IMG/VR virus record: IMGVR_UViG_3300028608_000007
Coordinates: 1-64,000 of that record
From: a virus
Strand: one strand, 5' to 3'
DNA: 64,000 nucleotides
The position numbers and the translations under genes are program-made. Below the pieces are notes generated by a model. It was not told the DNA's origin. It saw nothing but the letters and a program-made list of their open reading frames with translations, and did no database searches. How positions within the stretch are numbered: position 1 is the first letter of the stretch; every line of letters starts with the position of its first letter. Of this stretch, positions 8,972 through 17,677 are shown piece after piece.

Positions 8972-10291
8972 ATGTATAGTCTCAAAGCGTTTATGATCTA
9001 CGCACCGTTGGCTGACAACGCCGTAGATGTGATTGCGCCCTTAGGGGAGCTTTCCACCCACGTTCGAACCTTCTCGAAAGAGAAAGGTCAGTACACCAGC
9101 ACTGATTACAAGGACTCAAAGCTGATCAGCTTTGTGAGCCAGAACATTGCTGATAACGGCACCAAGACCTTGGTAAAAGTTCCAGCCGCTCATTCTAACG
9201 CAGCGCTGAACTTGGGTCAATGGATTTATGCAAAAGCCATTGCCAGTGAAATCCGCGATGACCGGGACGCCCTCACTGTTGCACTGAACACCGCATTCGG
9301 TGGTCTGCTCAATGACCTCACTTTCGGCGAGATCGTCAGTGACGGTGTGCGGTGGATGCCAGAATGGATCACCTACTCGCTGGTCGGTCAACCCGAGAAC
9401 CGGGTGCGGATCTGGTTTGCTGATGATTCCATGCGTCGTCAGTACGACGAGTACGAACTCGCCTTCGTCGCACCGATCGCCAACTTGGACGACTTCTTCC
9501 GTGACCCTGCCGAAGTCAAGGTGTTGGTAGATGCTTACAAGTTGGATACCGCTCTGTCAAAAGCCGAGACGGTAAAGAACCGCAAGCCGGAAACCTACAT
9601 CATCAACCGCGTGTACAAGTACATCGCACAGAAGGCTCCGTTCATCAACCTGGACACCAACTGGATGGTGATCATCTGGGGCCCAGCGGGTAACAACCCC
9701 GACATCATCAAGCAAGAACTGGCCAAGTGGATTTTGGCTAACTCACAACATACCGAAGAAGAATGGATGGATATCTTCCCTGATATCTTCACTTCGACGG
9801 AGTTTATCGTCACCCCTTTTTGGGATAACATCGCCATCGAACAGAAGGCGATTAGCTCGGGTGTCTACTCACCAACTATGTTGCTGACGGACATTCGTAC
9901 CAAGTCCTTGAAGACCATCAAGGGTAAGAACTACACCACAGCTCACATCGATCAGAACTTGGTCCAAACTGCGTTCCAGTATGCGTCTGTGTGTGCGTCT
10001 GTCTGCGGTGGTCCTTACAACCGTAACAACGTCAAGCGTTTGGACGAACAGTGGCCTGACTACATCAACGTGGCGTACGATTCCCTCGACGCTGGTCGTA
10101 TGAAGTTGGCGACGCAGAACTGGTTGAACTTCATGGTGGAGCTGCTGATCCAAGCAGAGAAAGCCACGCTGTTCAATGACCTGCCTCAAGGGATTGCTCG
10201 AGTGACCCGTGACGGTATCGTCTACATCGCTTCGACCCATGAGGACATTCTGTACCTGGTTGTCACCAAGTACTCGATGCTCGACATCTGA
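8972..10291 (+). CDS. Virion structural protein (phiKZ gp157-like)
   Basis: ATG at 8972 with GAGG RBS gives 439 aa; synteny. Confidence 0.6.
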   Translation: MYSLKAFMIYAPLADNAVDVIAPLGELSTHVRTFSKEKGQYTSTDYKDSKLISFVSQNIADNGTKTLVKVPAAHSNAALNLGQWIYAKAIASEIRDDRDALTVALNTAFGGLLNDLTFGEIVSDGVRWMPEWITYSLVGQPENRVRIWFADDSMRRQYDEYELAFVAPIANLDDFFRDPAEVKVLVDAYKLDTALSKAETVKNRKPETYIINRVYKYIAQKAPFINLDTNWMVIIWGPAGNNPDIIKQELAKWILANSQHTEEEWMDIFPDIFTSTEFIVTPFWDNIAIEQKAISSGVYSPTMLLTDIRTKSLKTIKGKNYTTAHIDQNLVQTAFQYASVCASVCGGPYNRNNVKRLDEQWPDYINVAYDSLDAGRMKLATQNWLNFMVELLIQAEKATLFNDLPQGIARVTRDGIVYIASTHEDILYLVVTKYSMLDI

Positions 10292-10299
10292 GGTGAGTT

Positions 10300-10911
10300 A
10301 TGGCTGGAGTAACCCCACCTCTTTTGACCAGAGGTCGCTACACCCTGGTAACGCCCTTCACTGCGTTACCTACCACGTTGTACACCTGTGCTGCGATTCG
10401 TACAATGCCGGAGTGTCAGATCCACGGTGAAGACGTCCTTAACGACATCTACATCAAAGCGGGTCTGACCAAAGCAGATTACGACCGTGACTCCAAAGCC
10501 GGTGCCAAGATCATCACGTTGTTGTCTGATGACTCGACACCGATCTATGTACCAGACTCCTACATCGAGTCGTATCCGAACTATGACGCAGTTGCCTATT
10601 CTCACACGGTGCTGTCGATTGACTTGGGTGCATTGCCTGACTTTGTGAGTTTGGCTAACCTGCAATTGGAAGTCTCTGCTCTCACGTCTGACGTGGTGGG
10701 TAAAGAGTCCAAGGTTACCGTACACCGTGGGGCTTCAACTGGACTGGTGACGCCAGAACAACACGAAGTCGCTGAGGTTGCACGGGTCGCTGCTATCAAA
10801 CGTCGCACTACGTATCGGGCTGAGAACATCCGCCTGCAAAACGAGAATGCTGCGTTGATTGCACAGAACCAAGTGTTGATGGACTTGCTGAAAGAGGCTG
10901 GTCTGATGTAA
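10300..10911 (+). CDS. Putative virion protein
   Basis: 203 aa, GAGG RBS, co-transcribed with previous gene. Confidence 0.6.
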   Translation: MAGVTPPLLTRGRYTLVTPFTALPTTLYTCAAIRTMPECQIHGEDVLNDIYIKAGLTKADYDRDSKAGAKIITLLSDDSTPIYVPDSYIESYPNYDAVAYSHTVLSIDLGALPDFVSLANLQLEVSALTSDVVGKESKVTVHRGASTGLVTPEQHEVAEVARVAAIKRRTTYRAENIRLQNENAALIAQNQVLMDLLKEAGLM

Positions 10912-10914
10912 GAC

Positions 10915-10951
10915 AGCATAGAGGGAGGCCCGATGGCCTCCCCTTATGCCG
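10915..10951. terminator. Bidirectional hairpin flanked by GCATA / TTATGCCG
   Basis: GGGAGGCC-CGAT-GGCCTCCC between convergent genes. Confidence 0.75.
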
Positions 10952-10952
10952 A

Positions 10953-11480
10953 TTACTCGTTGTAACGGAACACGGTGATCCAACGACTGTAGGCGATCTC
11001 GTCCGCAAACAGTAGTTCGTGAAGAGTCGCCGTAAAGGTCTCGTCAGTTGGTTCTTGTAAAGTTCGGGTGAGGAACTTCTCAATCTCCTTCCGACGGGCC
11101 TCACGACGATTGTTCTGGATCGGGTACAACACCAGAATGAACTGGATGGCCAGGGTGGTGTGGATGTCCACGGGACGTGGGTCATCATCACTGAAGGTCC
11201 GCATGAAGAGGTCGTGTGCCGTCTCCAATTGGTTCTTCACTGTTGCAGGGGTCGGGAACAAAGCCCGTACGCCACCCTCGGTGAAGTGATGCAGAAGAGC
11301 ATTGATCAAGTTAGGCAGAGTGAAAGGCTCCAGCAACTTGGCGTTTACAGCAAACGTCATGTCTTTGTAGTCTTTAAACAGATCCGCCATTACTCGCTGA
11401 TACGCTTTGTGTTCACGAACCATGGTGGTCCGATCTACACGTTCATGGACGAATTCACTCATTCGACGGTGTACTCCCAA
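10953..11480 (-). CDS. Hypothetical protein
   Basis: 175-aa ORF overlapping upstream gene. Confidence 0.55.
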   Translation of the reverse strand: MGVHRRMSEFVHERVDRTTMVREHKAYQRVMADLFKDYKDMTFAVNAKLLEPFTLPNLINALLHHFTEGGVRALFPTPATVKNQLETAHDLFMRTFSDDDPRPVDIHTTLAIQFILVLYPIQNNRREARRKEIEKFLTRTLQEPTDETFTATLHELLFADEIAYSRWITVFRYNE

Positions 11481-11830
11481 CGGAGGTCGCGGTCAGCCCA
11501 ACGGGAGAACCATCCCAAGCGGTTGGCATTGAGGTTCATACCGTCAAAACCAAATGCTGCAATGGCGCTCCCCAACTTACCGTTAAAGAGGCAGAGGGCG
11601 AACTGGTCCCACTCAGCTACCGAACAAGGAAGAACCTTGATCCCCTCTAACGGAGTCGGCGAGAAGCAATACGTGAAAGCTTCGGCCACCTCACAGTCAG
11701 CGATGGAGCAAATCACTCCGTTTCGTTTTGGCAAGTAGAAGACAGGTGCACCACCAATCAAGTCATGTTGCTCTAACTTGAAATCACCAACGTCCACTAC
11801 TACCTGAGTTTGATGCAGTTCGCTCATCAT
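11459..11830 (-). CDS. Hypothetical protein
   Basis: 123-aa ORF in operon. Confidence 0.55.
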   Translation of the reverse strand: MMSELHQTQVVVDVGDFKLEQHDLIGGAPVFYLPKRNGVICSIADCEVAEAFTYCFSPTPLEGIKVLPCSVAEWDQFALCLFNGKLGSAIAAFGFDGMNLNANRLGWFSRWADRDLRWEYTVE

Positions 11831-11839
11831 TACGCCACC

Positions 11840-12592
11840 TTAAACGTCGTTGGAACCAGGCTCTTCTTCCTCTTCTTCTTCGCCTTCGTCGTCATCGTCC
11901 CCATCAGTGTTTCCAGCGTCGTCGTCTCCGTCGCCGCCTTCACCTTCGCCATCACCGGCGTCTCCCTCACCACCGTCGCCTTCGCCTCCGGTGTCATCAT
12001 CACCAGTGTCAGTGTCACCACCGTCACCAGTACCGTCAGAGCCGTCACCTTGGCCCTCGTCACCCTCGCCCGTATCGCCGCCTGAGGTGTCGCCAGCTTC
12101 GTCACCGTCTGCTGCACCACCGGCCGAGCCGTCGTCGTATCCGCCATCACCGGAACCCTCTCCGCCTTCGCCACCTTCACCGCCCTCGCCTTCCGGCAGA
12201 CCAGTGTTCGGCTCGTTCACGCCTTCAGGACGTGGGTTCTTGTCGTCGTCAGTCAGGACGAGTTGACCATCAGCCATGGATTGCTCCATGCATTTGATGA
12301 TCATGTTCTTGGCTTCGCCCACAGCCACCGGATCACCGATACCTGCCAGAGGAATGCCACGGTCACGCAGCAGCTCAACAGCGGCCAGGATCTCGTTCAT
12401 TTCTTTGATGGCTTTCAGCACCAGGGGTTGACCCATGGACTCGCCACCTTCTTCCCCGTCTTCAGCCGAAACGACAGGAGCTGCGGTTTGGTCGAGAGCT
12501 TTCGGACCCATGGCAGCCAGTTGAGTGAAAACGCCTACGAGTTCACCGGCTTCCTGAGCGCCCCGTACAAACAGAGATTGGATGAGGTTCAT
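11840..12592 (-). CDS. Protein with Gly/Asp/Glu-rich acidic C-terminal half
   Basis: 250 aa; last ~120 aa mostly G, D, E. Confidence 0.7.
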   Translation of the reverse strand: MNLIQSLFVRGAQEAGELVGVFTQLAAMGPKALDQTAAPVVSAEDGEEGGESMGQPLVLKAIKEMNEILAAVELLRDRGIPLAGIGDPVAVGEAKNMIIKCMEQSMADGQLVLTDDDKNPRPEGVNEPNTGLPEGEGGEGGEGGEGSGDGGYDDGSAGGAADGDEAGDTSGGDTGEGDEGQGDGSDGTGDGGDTDTGDDDTGGEGDGGEGDAGDGEGEGGDGDDDAGNTDGDDDDEGEEEEEEEPGSNDV

Positions 12593-12719
12593 CAGTATTA
12601 CCTTTACAGTTGGTTACTTGAGTGCCGCACCGCCCAAACCTTGGGTGGCATTGAGCGGCGTTTGACGCTACTACACCCTATATGGGAGACGAGCTTATCA
12701 AACCATACGGCGCTCAAAG

Positions 12720-15182
12720 TTACTCAATTGTGACGTGTTGATTATACCGGGCTGGAACAGTAACGTTGCTTGGGTCCATCACCAGAACTTCTGCGTTGGT
12801 GAAAGAACCATGACTTACGGCGTAGTGGGAGATCATAAAGACTTGGCTAAAACCTTTGGTTTCAACGAGGTCTTTTACGAAACTCATCACGTTGGCTTTG
12901 TGAGTCTCATCAAAGAAGTGACCCAGTTCATCCAGGAACAGTGGGAACTGATCCAACCGTTTGTACAGCATCGCCACCAGCATAAAGGCAAAGTCAATCA
13001 TCTCTTTCTGACCCATGGAAGTCTTCATGACGTCTGGAGTAGGACGCTCACCTTTCACAGAGACAGGGAAGCGGTAATCCAATTCGCCAGAGGACTCACC
13101 ACACGGGAGGACTTCCAAGCTGTAAGTCCACACGTTTTCAGTAACAGCGTTGATATCCTTGGCCCACGCTTTGATGAACCCGATCATCTGTTCTGCAATG
13201 ATGCCATCTTTAGGGGACAGCTCATCGGCAATGGCTTTGAAGATCTCGTGGCGCAGAGCAGCGTCAGCCCGAGAGATCTCCAAATCTGTCAACAGGTTCT
13301 CAATGGTTTTGCGTTCACTGAGTTTGCTGTTGAGGAATGCCAGACGGGATTGGTTGTTCCGAGTGATTTCATTGATGGTGTCATCACGCAGTTCCACCAC
13401 GTAGTCACGGAAGGCTTCTTCTTTCTTCTGTGAACCCGCTTCCAACTGACGACCCAAGTCTTCCAACTGAGCAGCCTTATTGACGATCTCCTGAACATCA
13501 TCAAAGTCACGACCCAACTGAACCAACTGCTCGGTAAGGTGTGCGATCTTCTCAGCGTTCTGGTCTATACGGGTTTGCAACTCACCCTGACCGTTGGATT
13601 TCTTCATGGCCTCCACGGAGAGTTCCAACTGATCCAGTCGACGCTTGACCATTTCCCATTCAGCATAAGTCTCAGCATCACGGGAGAACGCACCGAACTT
13701 ACGAATCCAACCTTGTGGGTTGGTGTTGATGCCATCCTCTCGAAGCATGGCGTCCCAGAACACACCCATGGTTGGGTTGTTAGCCACCAAGGCCCTGAAA
13801 CGCTGATAGAAGGCCGAGAACTCTCCAGCCTGCTCCAAGTACACCTCACAGATTTTCATCGCTATCTGCGTGTCGTTGACCTTCTGCTGGAACTCTTTGA
13901 GATTCAGCTCCGCAGCACGACGAATCTGAGCGGTGTTACCCGGCAACCACTTGTGTTCGCAGTTCGGACACTCGTTGTGATTCACAGTCGAGACGTGTTC
14001 AAGGATAGATTCTTCCTTGGCCACCCGGTTCTGGAACCCTTCCAGTTCACGCCGTAAGCCTGTCAGTAACTCACGGTTGTCTTTGACCCGCATCATGTTG
14101 AACTGTTTGTCGAGGTTGTTAGGAATGTTCCGTAACACCTCGGTCAGTTCTTCACGTGCGTTGTTGATGGCTTGGTTCAGTGCCAGACCATCCACCTCCG
14201 CTATGTTTGGGAAGTCAGTCATGCAACCGCGCAGGTAATCCGACTTCCTGTTCAGTTGAGCTATCTCAGCCTCAGCTTCTTCCAGAGAACCCACACCACC
14301 AGAATCGACGGTGGCTTTCAACCGCTGGAGGTCTTCCAACGACTCCGTAGTCCACTGGATCGAATGCTTCACCAGATCTTGTTCTTTCTGGATTGCAGTC
14401 AAACGGTCTTTAGCGTGCTGGAGACTAGGGAACTTCCCACCAACAGGATTCCCCATAGCAAGAATGCGATCAGCCATCCGACACTCCCACTGGAGCATCT
14501 GGTCAATGCGTGTCTCACCACCGGACAGATTACGGTTGGAACGGTTCAGGTACAGGATCTCCAGTTCTTGTTGGAGTTCCTCAGCCTCTGCTGCCCACGC
14601 AACGTAGTCGTCACCCAATGCTCGCAGCTTGTTGGTCTCGGTTACCATCCGGTCAGCCAGACCTTTGGAGTAACCCAAAGCGTCTCGAGCATTACGAGAC
14701 ATGTCGTTGAAGTAACCTACCACAAAACTGAAATCGGTATCGCACAGCAGCGTAAACCACTTGCGGCGTTCCGAAGTCGACATCTGTGAGAACTTGATCT
14801 GACCTGTGATCAGTTCGTGAATGTCATCGTCATAGCCAAACTCTTGCATGGCCAGTTCTCGACTGACACTTTGAGTGCCACCCGGATTGAGTTCTACCCC
14901 GTCCTTAACGAAGGTGTGTTTACCCGCCTTGGTTTTAAAGCTGGAACTGATTTCGTAGATAGAGCCCTTGTGTTCCCACTTGGTTTCCTTACTACCCCCA
15001 GTTGAATAGTTCTTCGGATCTGCCGGAAGGGGCGAGATCTCGTTCACGATAGAACTCTTACCGCTGCCGTTCGTACCCAGAATCAACTGGTACATCTGTG
15101 TCGGCGTAAACTTGATGTAACGGATGTTGGCTACCAGCATCAGCCGAATACACCCGTCAATAGTCATCTCTAACAGTCGCAT
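12720..15182 (-). CDS. sbcC: SbcC/Rad50-like SMC ATPase (phiKZ gp165-like)
   Basis: Walker A GTNGSGKSS, coiled coils, CPNC zinc hook, SMGQ signature, LFLDE Walker B. Confidence 0.92.
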   Translation of the reverse strand: MRLLEMTIDGCIRLMLVANIRYIKFTPTQMYQLILGTNGSGKSSIVNEISPLPADPKNYSTGGSKETKWEHKGSIYEISSSFKTKAGKHTFVKDGVELNPGGTQSVSRELAMQEFGYDDDIHELITGQIKFSQMSTSERRKWFTLLCDTDFSFVVGYFNDMSRNARDALGYSKGLADRMVTETNKLRALGDDYVAWAAEAEELQQELEILYLNRSNRNLSGGETRIDQMLQWECRMADRILAMGNPVGGKFPSLQHAKDRLTAIQKEQDLVKHSIQWTTESLEDLQRLKATVDSGGVGSLEEAEAEIAQLNRKSDYLRGCMTDFPNIAEVDGLALNQAINNAREELTEVLRNIPNNLDKQFNMMRVKDNRELLTGLRRELEGFQNRVAKEESILEHVSTVNHNECPNCEHKWLPGNTAQIRRAAELNLKEFQQKVNDTQIAMKICEVYLEQAGEFSAFYQRFRALVANNPTMGVFWDAMLREDGINTNPQGWIRKFGAFSRDAETYAEWEMVKRRLDQLELSVEAMKKSNGQGELQTRIDQNAEKIAHLTEQLVQLGRDFDDVQEIVNKAAQLEDLGRQLEAGSQKKEEAFRDYVVELRDDTINEITRNNQSRLAFLNSKLSERKTIENLLTDLEISRADAALRHEIFKAIADELSPKDGIIAEQMIGFIKAWAKDINAVTENVWTYSLEVLPCGESSGELDYRFPVSVKGERPTPDVMKTSMGQKEMIDFAFMLVAMLYKRLDQFPLFLDELGHFFDETHKANVMSFVKDLVETKGFSQVFMISHYAVSHGSFTNAEVLVMDPSNVTVPARYNQHVTIE

Positions 15183-15273
15183 CCGTTTAGCCCCATCTAA
15201 AAATTACTCCACATACTCTAAAGACCCCGTGTGAGAATTAACTTATTGTGTGACAAACCCTTAGGACTCTATC

Positions 15274-16029
15274 ATGGATGCTACTTGCTTCAAGATCGTC
15301 TCTATCGGGATCGTGGCAGAAAACAAGGCAATGCAGTCCAATGGTGGCTGGAACCATGTAGTGGACGTGACACCTATCGAAAGCATGAACATGCTCGACG
15401 GTGAGATCAAGTCCAACCCATCCCTTGTAGAGAACAAAGGCGTTGACCGTACAGGTCAGCAATTTGGTAGTTCGGTGGCTGTTGACCAAACGGTCAGTGC
15501 CACATGGCTTCCGTTCTCCACTAACCGTGTGACTTCACCAGACGTACGCCGTGGTGAGCGTGTGTACCTCTGGCAGGCCGCTAACGACGATAAGTACTAC
15601 TGGACTATCGCTGGTCTGGATGACGACAAACGTCGCTTAGAGACCGTGATCTACGCCTTCAACGCTAACCCTAGTGCTGGTGGTCTGGATCTGTCGAACT
15701 GCTACTACTTGGAAGTGTCGGCGCATAATAAGTCGGTTACTTTCGAGACCAGTACAGCCAACGGTGAGGCTCACGCATACACCCTCCAGATCAACACTGG
15801 GGAATCGGTGATCACCATCCAAGACGATGCAGGGAACTATTTCCAGCTTGACTCGGATGAGCAGAAGTTGACCCTGATGAACCAAGCCCAGTCTCACGTG
15901 ATCCTCGACAAGACCAAGATCAACATCAAGGCACTCGATGAAGTAGCGATTGATGTGGGTGCTACTCAAGTAACACTCACACCAGCCGGTACGATCTGGA
16001 AAACTCCTAAATTCGACGGGTTCAGCTAA
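15274..16029 (+). CDS. Baseplate central spike protein (phiKZ gp164-like)
   Basis: N-terminal OB-like region (VTSPDVRRGERV), C-terminal short beta-strand repeats, coupled to PAAR gene. Confidence 0.75.
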   Translation: MDATCFKIVSIGIVAENKAMQSNGGWNHVVDVTPIESMNMLDGEIKSNPSLVENKGVDRTGQQFGSSVAVDQTVSATWLPFSTNRVTSPDVRRGERVYLWQAANDDKYYWTIAGLDDDKRRLETVIYAFNANPSAGGLDLSNCYYLEVSAHNKSVTFETSTANGEAHAYTLQINTGESVITIQDDAGNYFQLDSDEQKLTLMNQAQSHVILDKTKINIKALDEVAIDVGATQVTLTPAGTIWKTPKFDGFS

Positions 16030-16292
16030 TGGGTGGAATCTCACGAGTCGGTGTCAACTCAGCAGGAGGCGTCATACAAGGTCCAGGAGAGCCCACGTTC
16101 ACCTTAGATGGTGCGGTGGTATCCCACTTGAACGATGACGTCGCAGGACACGGTGTAGGCTCTCACGCAGGCCCTAAGATGGTAGAGGGTTCAGCGTGGA
16201 TGTCGTGGAACGGGATTCCTATCGTTCGGGCTGGTAACAAAGCCAGTTGTGGTCACGAAGCAGACGGTCATCCCACGTGGAACATTGAATGA
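16029..16292 (+). CDS. PAAR-repeat spike-tip protein
   Basis: 87 aa with SRVGVNSAGG, HLNDDVAGHG..H, RAGNKASCGH PAAR-type metal-binding pattern. Confidence 0.85.
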   Translation: MGGISRVGVNSAGGVIQGPGEPTFTLDGAVVSHLNDDVAGHGVGSHAGPKMVEGSAWMSWNGIPIVRAGNKASCGHEADGHPTWNIE

Positions 16293-16330
16293 CGGCATAG
16301 CGAGGGGCACTAAGCCCCTCGCTTTATGCC
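16293..16330. terminator. Bidirectional hairpin flanked by CGGCATA / TTTATGCC
   Basis: GCGAGGGGC-ACTAA-GCCCCTCGC between convergent genes. Confidence 0.75.
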
Positions 16331-17581
16331 CTACAGATCAGAACCGATCTTCAAGAAGTAAGCCTTCGAGTAACGGTTCGGGTAGTGGCGGTCTTGAGTA
16401 GGATCAATCGACACACCATCTTGCCAGTGGGTAGTCTCGAAGTTGTACTCAGGACGTCGGTTGGAGCCACCAGCGATGACGTACGTGTCGCCCTCACGAA
16501 CCACCCAGTACGACATCAACTCACCCTTGTCGATCACCACAGGCCACAGCGGTCTGGTCTTGGTGAAGTAACGGTCAGGTGTCTTGGAGACTTCCAACTG
16601 TTCACGATCAACGTAGATGTCGTTGTTGTTGATCACCACCAAGAACGTTTGGGACAACGTGAGCAACTTGGTGATCACTTCATTGCTCAGGTATTCCTCC
16701 AGAGCAATCTGATCGTAGTTCCCATTCTTGATAGTCATCAACGGACGAATGGCTTCGAGGTTGATTTTCTTTTGAGCGTGGAAGTACCAATCCACAAAGA
16801 CTTGGTTGCGCAGGTCCACCGAGAACGCTTTGTCACCGATGCGTTTCAGTGCTCGACCCCAAGGCAGTAAGAAGCCCATAAAGGACAACATCACCGTCTT
16901 GTCAGTCAGGTCCTCGTTTACCGTGAGGATGGTGTTGATGTACAGCGAAGGATCACTACCACCGGCTGAGATCATCTCAGGGGTAATCGCAATGGTACGC
17001 ACACCACCGACTGCTTGGAAGTTCAAGATGCCGACGTGGTTGTCATTACAGATCCGTCCGGTGCGACCACCTTCGTAAACGTAGTTGGCTTCCGAGTCGT
17101 AATCCACACGGTGTAACAATCCGTTCACTTCTACCAGACAGTTCTCGTAGAACACCTTGGGATCAATCCCTTCTTTCCATAAGCGCAGGTCATGGGCATC
17201 GGAGATCAGGAAGTCGTTACCGTAAGCGACACCCGGTGGAATAGGTGCCAAGTTGTAACCGGCAGCAACAGCATCACGGTAGGTCACGTACTTTGGATTG
17301 ATCTTCGGTACGGTGGTGGAGGTGGGGAGAGACTCGTTACCCAAGCCTGCTAACCACTGAGCAAGCGTAGTTCCCGGCATCACTTTGGTAATGCGACTAC
17401 GGACTTCGTTGAGGTCCAGAGACAGGGGTTCCTCGTACAGAGGGGAACTCAACACAAGGATCAGTCGGGAATAGTCCGTCCACAGTTTGAAGACGTCCAT
17501 ATCCGCCAAGTCTACTTGGGCCCAGCGACCCGTACGACCGCGCGTTCTGGCCAGCGTATAAAGGAGTGTGTACATGGGCAA
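16331..17581 (-). CDS. Putative virion structural protein
   Basis: 416-aa ORF divergent from tail-fibre operon; structural role by context only. Confidence 0.55.
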   Translation of the reverse strand: MPMYTLLYTLARTRGRTGRWAQVDLADMDVFKLWTDYSRLILVLSSPLYEEPLSLDLNEVRSRITKVMPGTTLAQWLAGLGNESLPTSTTVPKINPKYVTYRDAVAAGYNLAPIPPGVAYGNDFLISDAHDLRLWKEGIDPKVFYENCLVEVNGLLHRVDYDSEANYVYEGGRTGRICNDNHVGILNFQAVGGVRTIAITPEMISAGGSDPSLYINTILTVNEDLTDKTVMLSFMGFLLPWGRALKRIGDKAFSVDLRNQVFVDWYFHAQKKINLEAIRPLMTIKNGNYDQIALEEYLSNEVITKLLTLSQTFLVVINNNDIYVDREQLEVSKTPDRYFTKTRPLWPVVIDKGELMSYWVVREGDTYVIAGGSNRRPEYNFETTHWQDGVSIDPTQDRHYPNRYSKAYFLKIGSDL

Positions 17582-17677
17582 AATCTCTTGGAGCCGAGCC
17601 TGAGGCCGGGCAATAGTATGGTGCGTATTCTTTTACAGGCAACTATAACATTCGCAGTTTTCTGAGGAGTCAACGGT

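Noticed and set aside
11850-12266. Pro/Ser-rich plus-strand ORF
   Set aside because: Reverse complement of the Gly/Asp/Glu-rich tail
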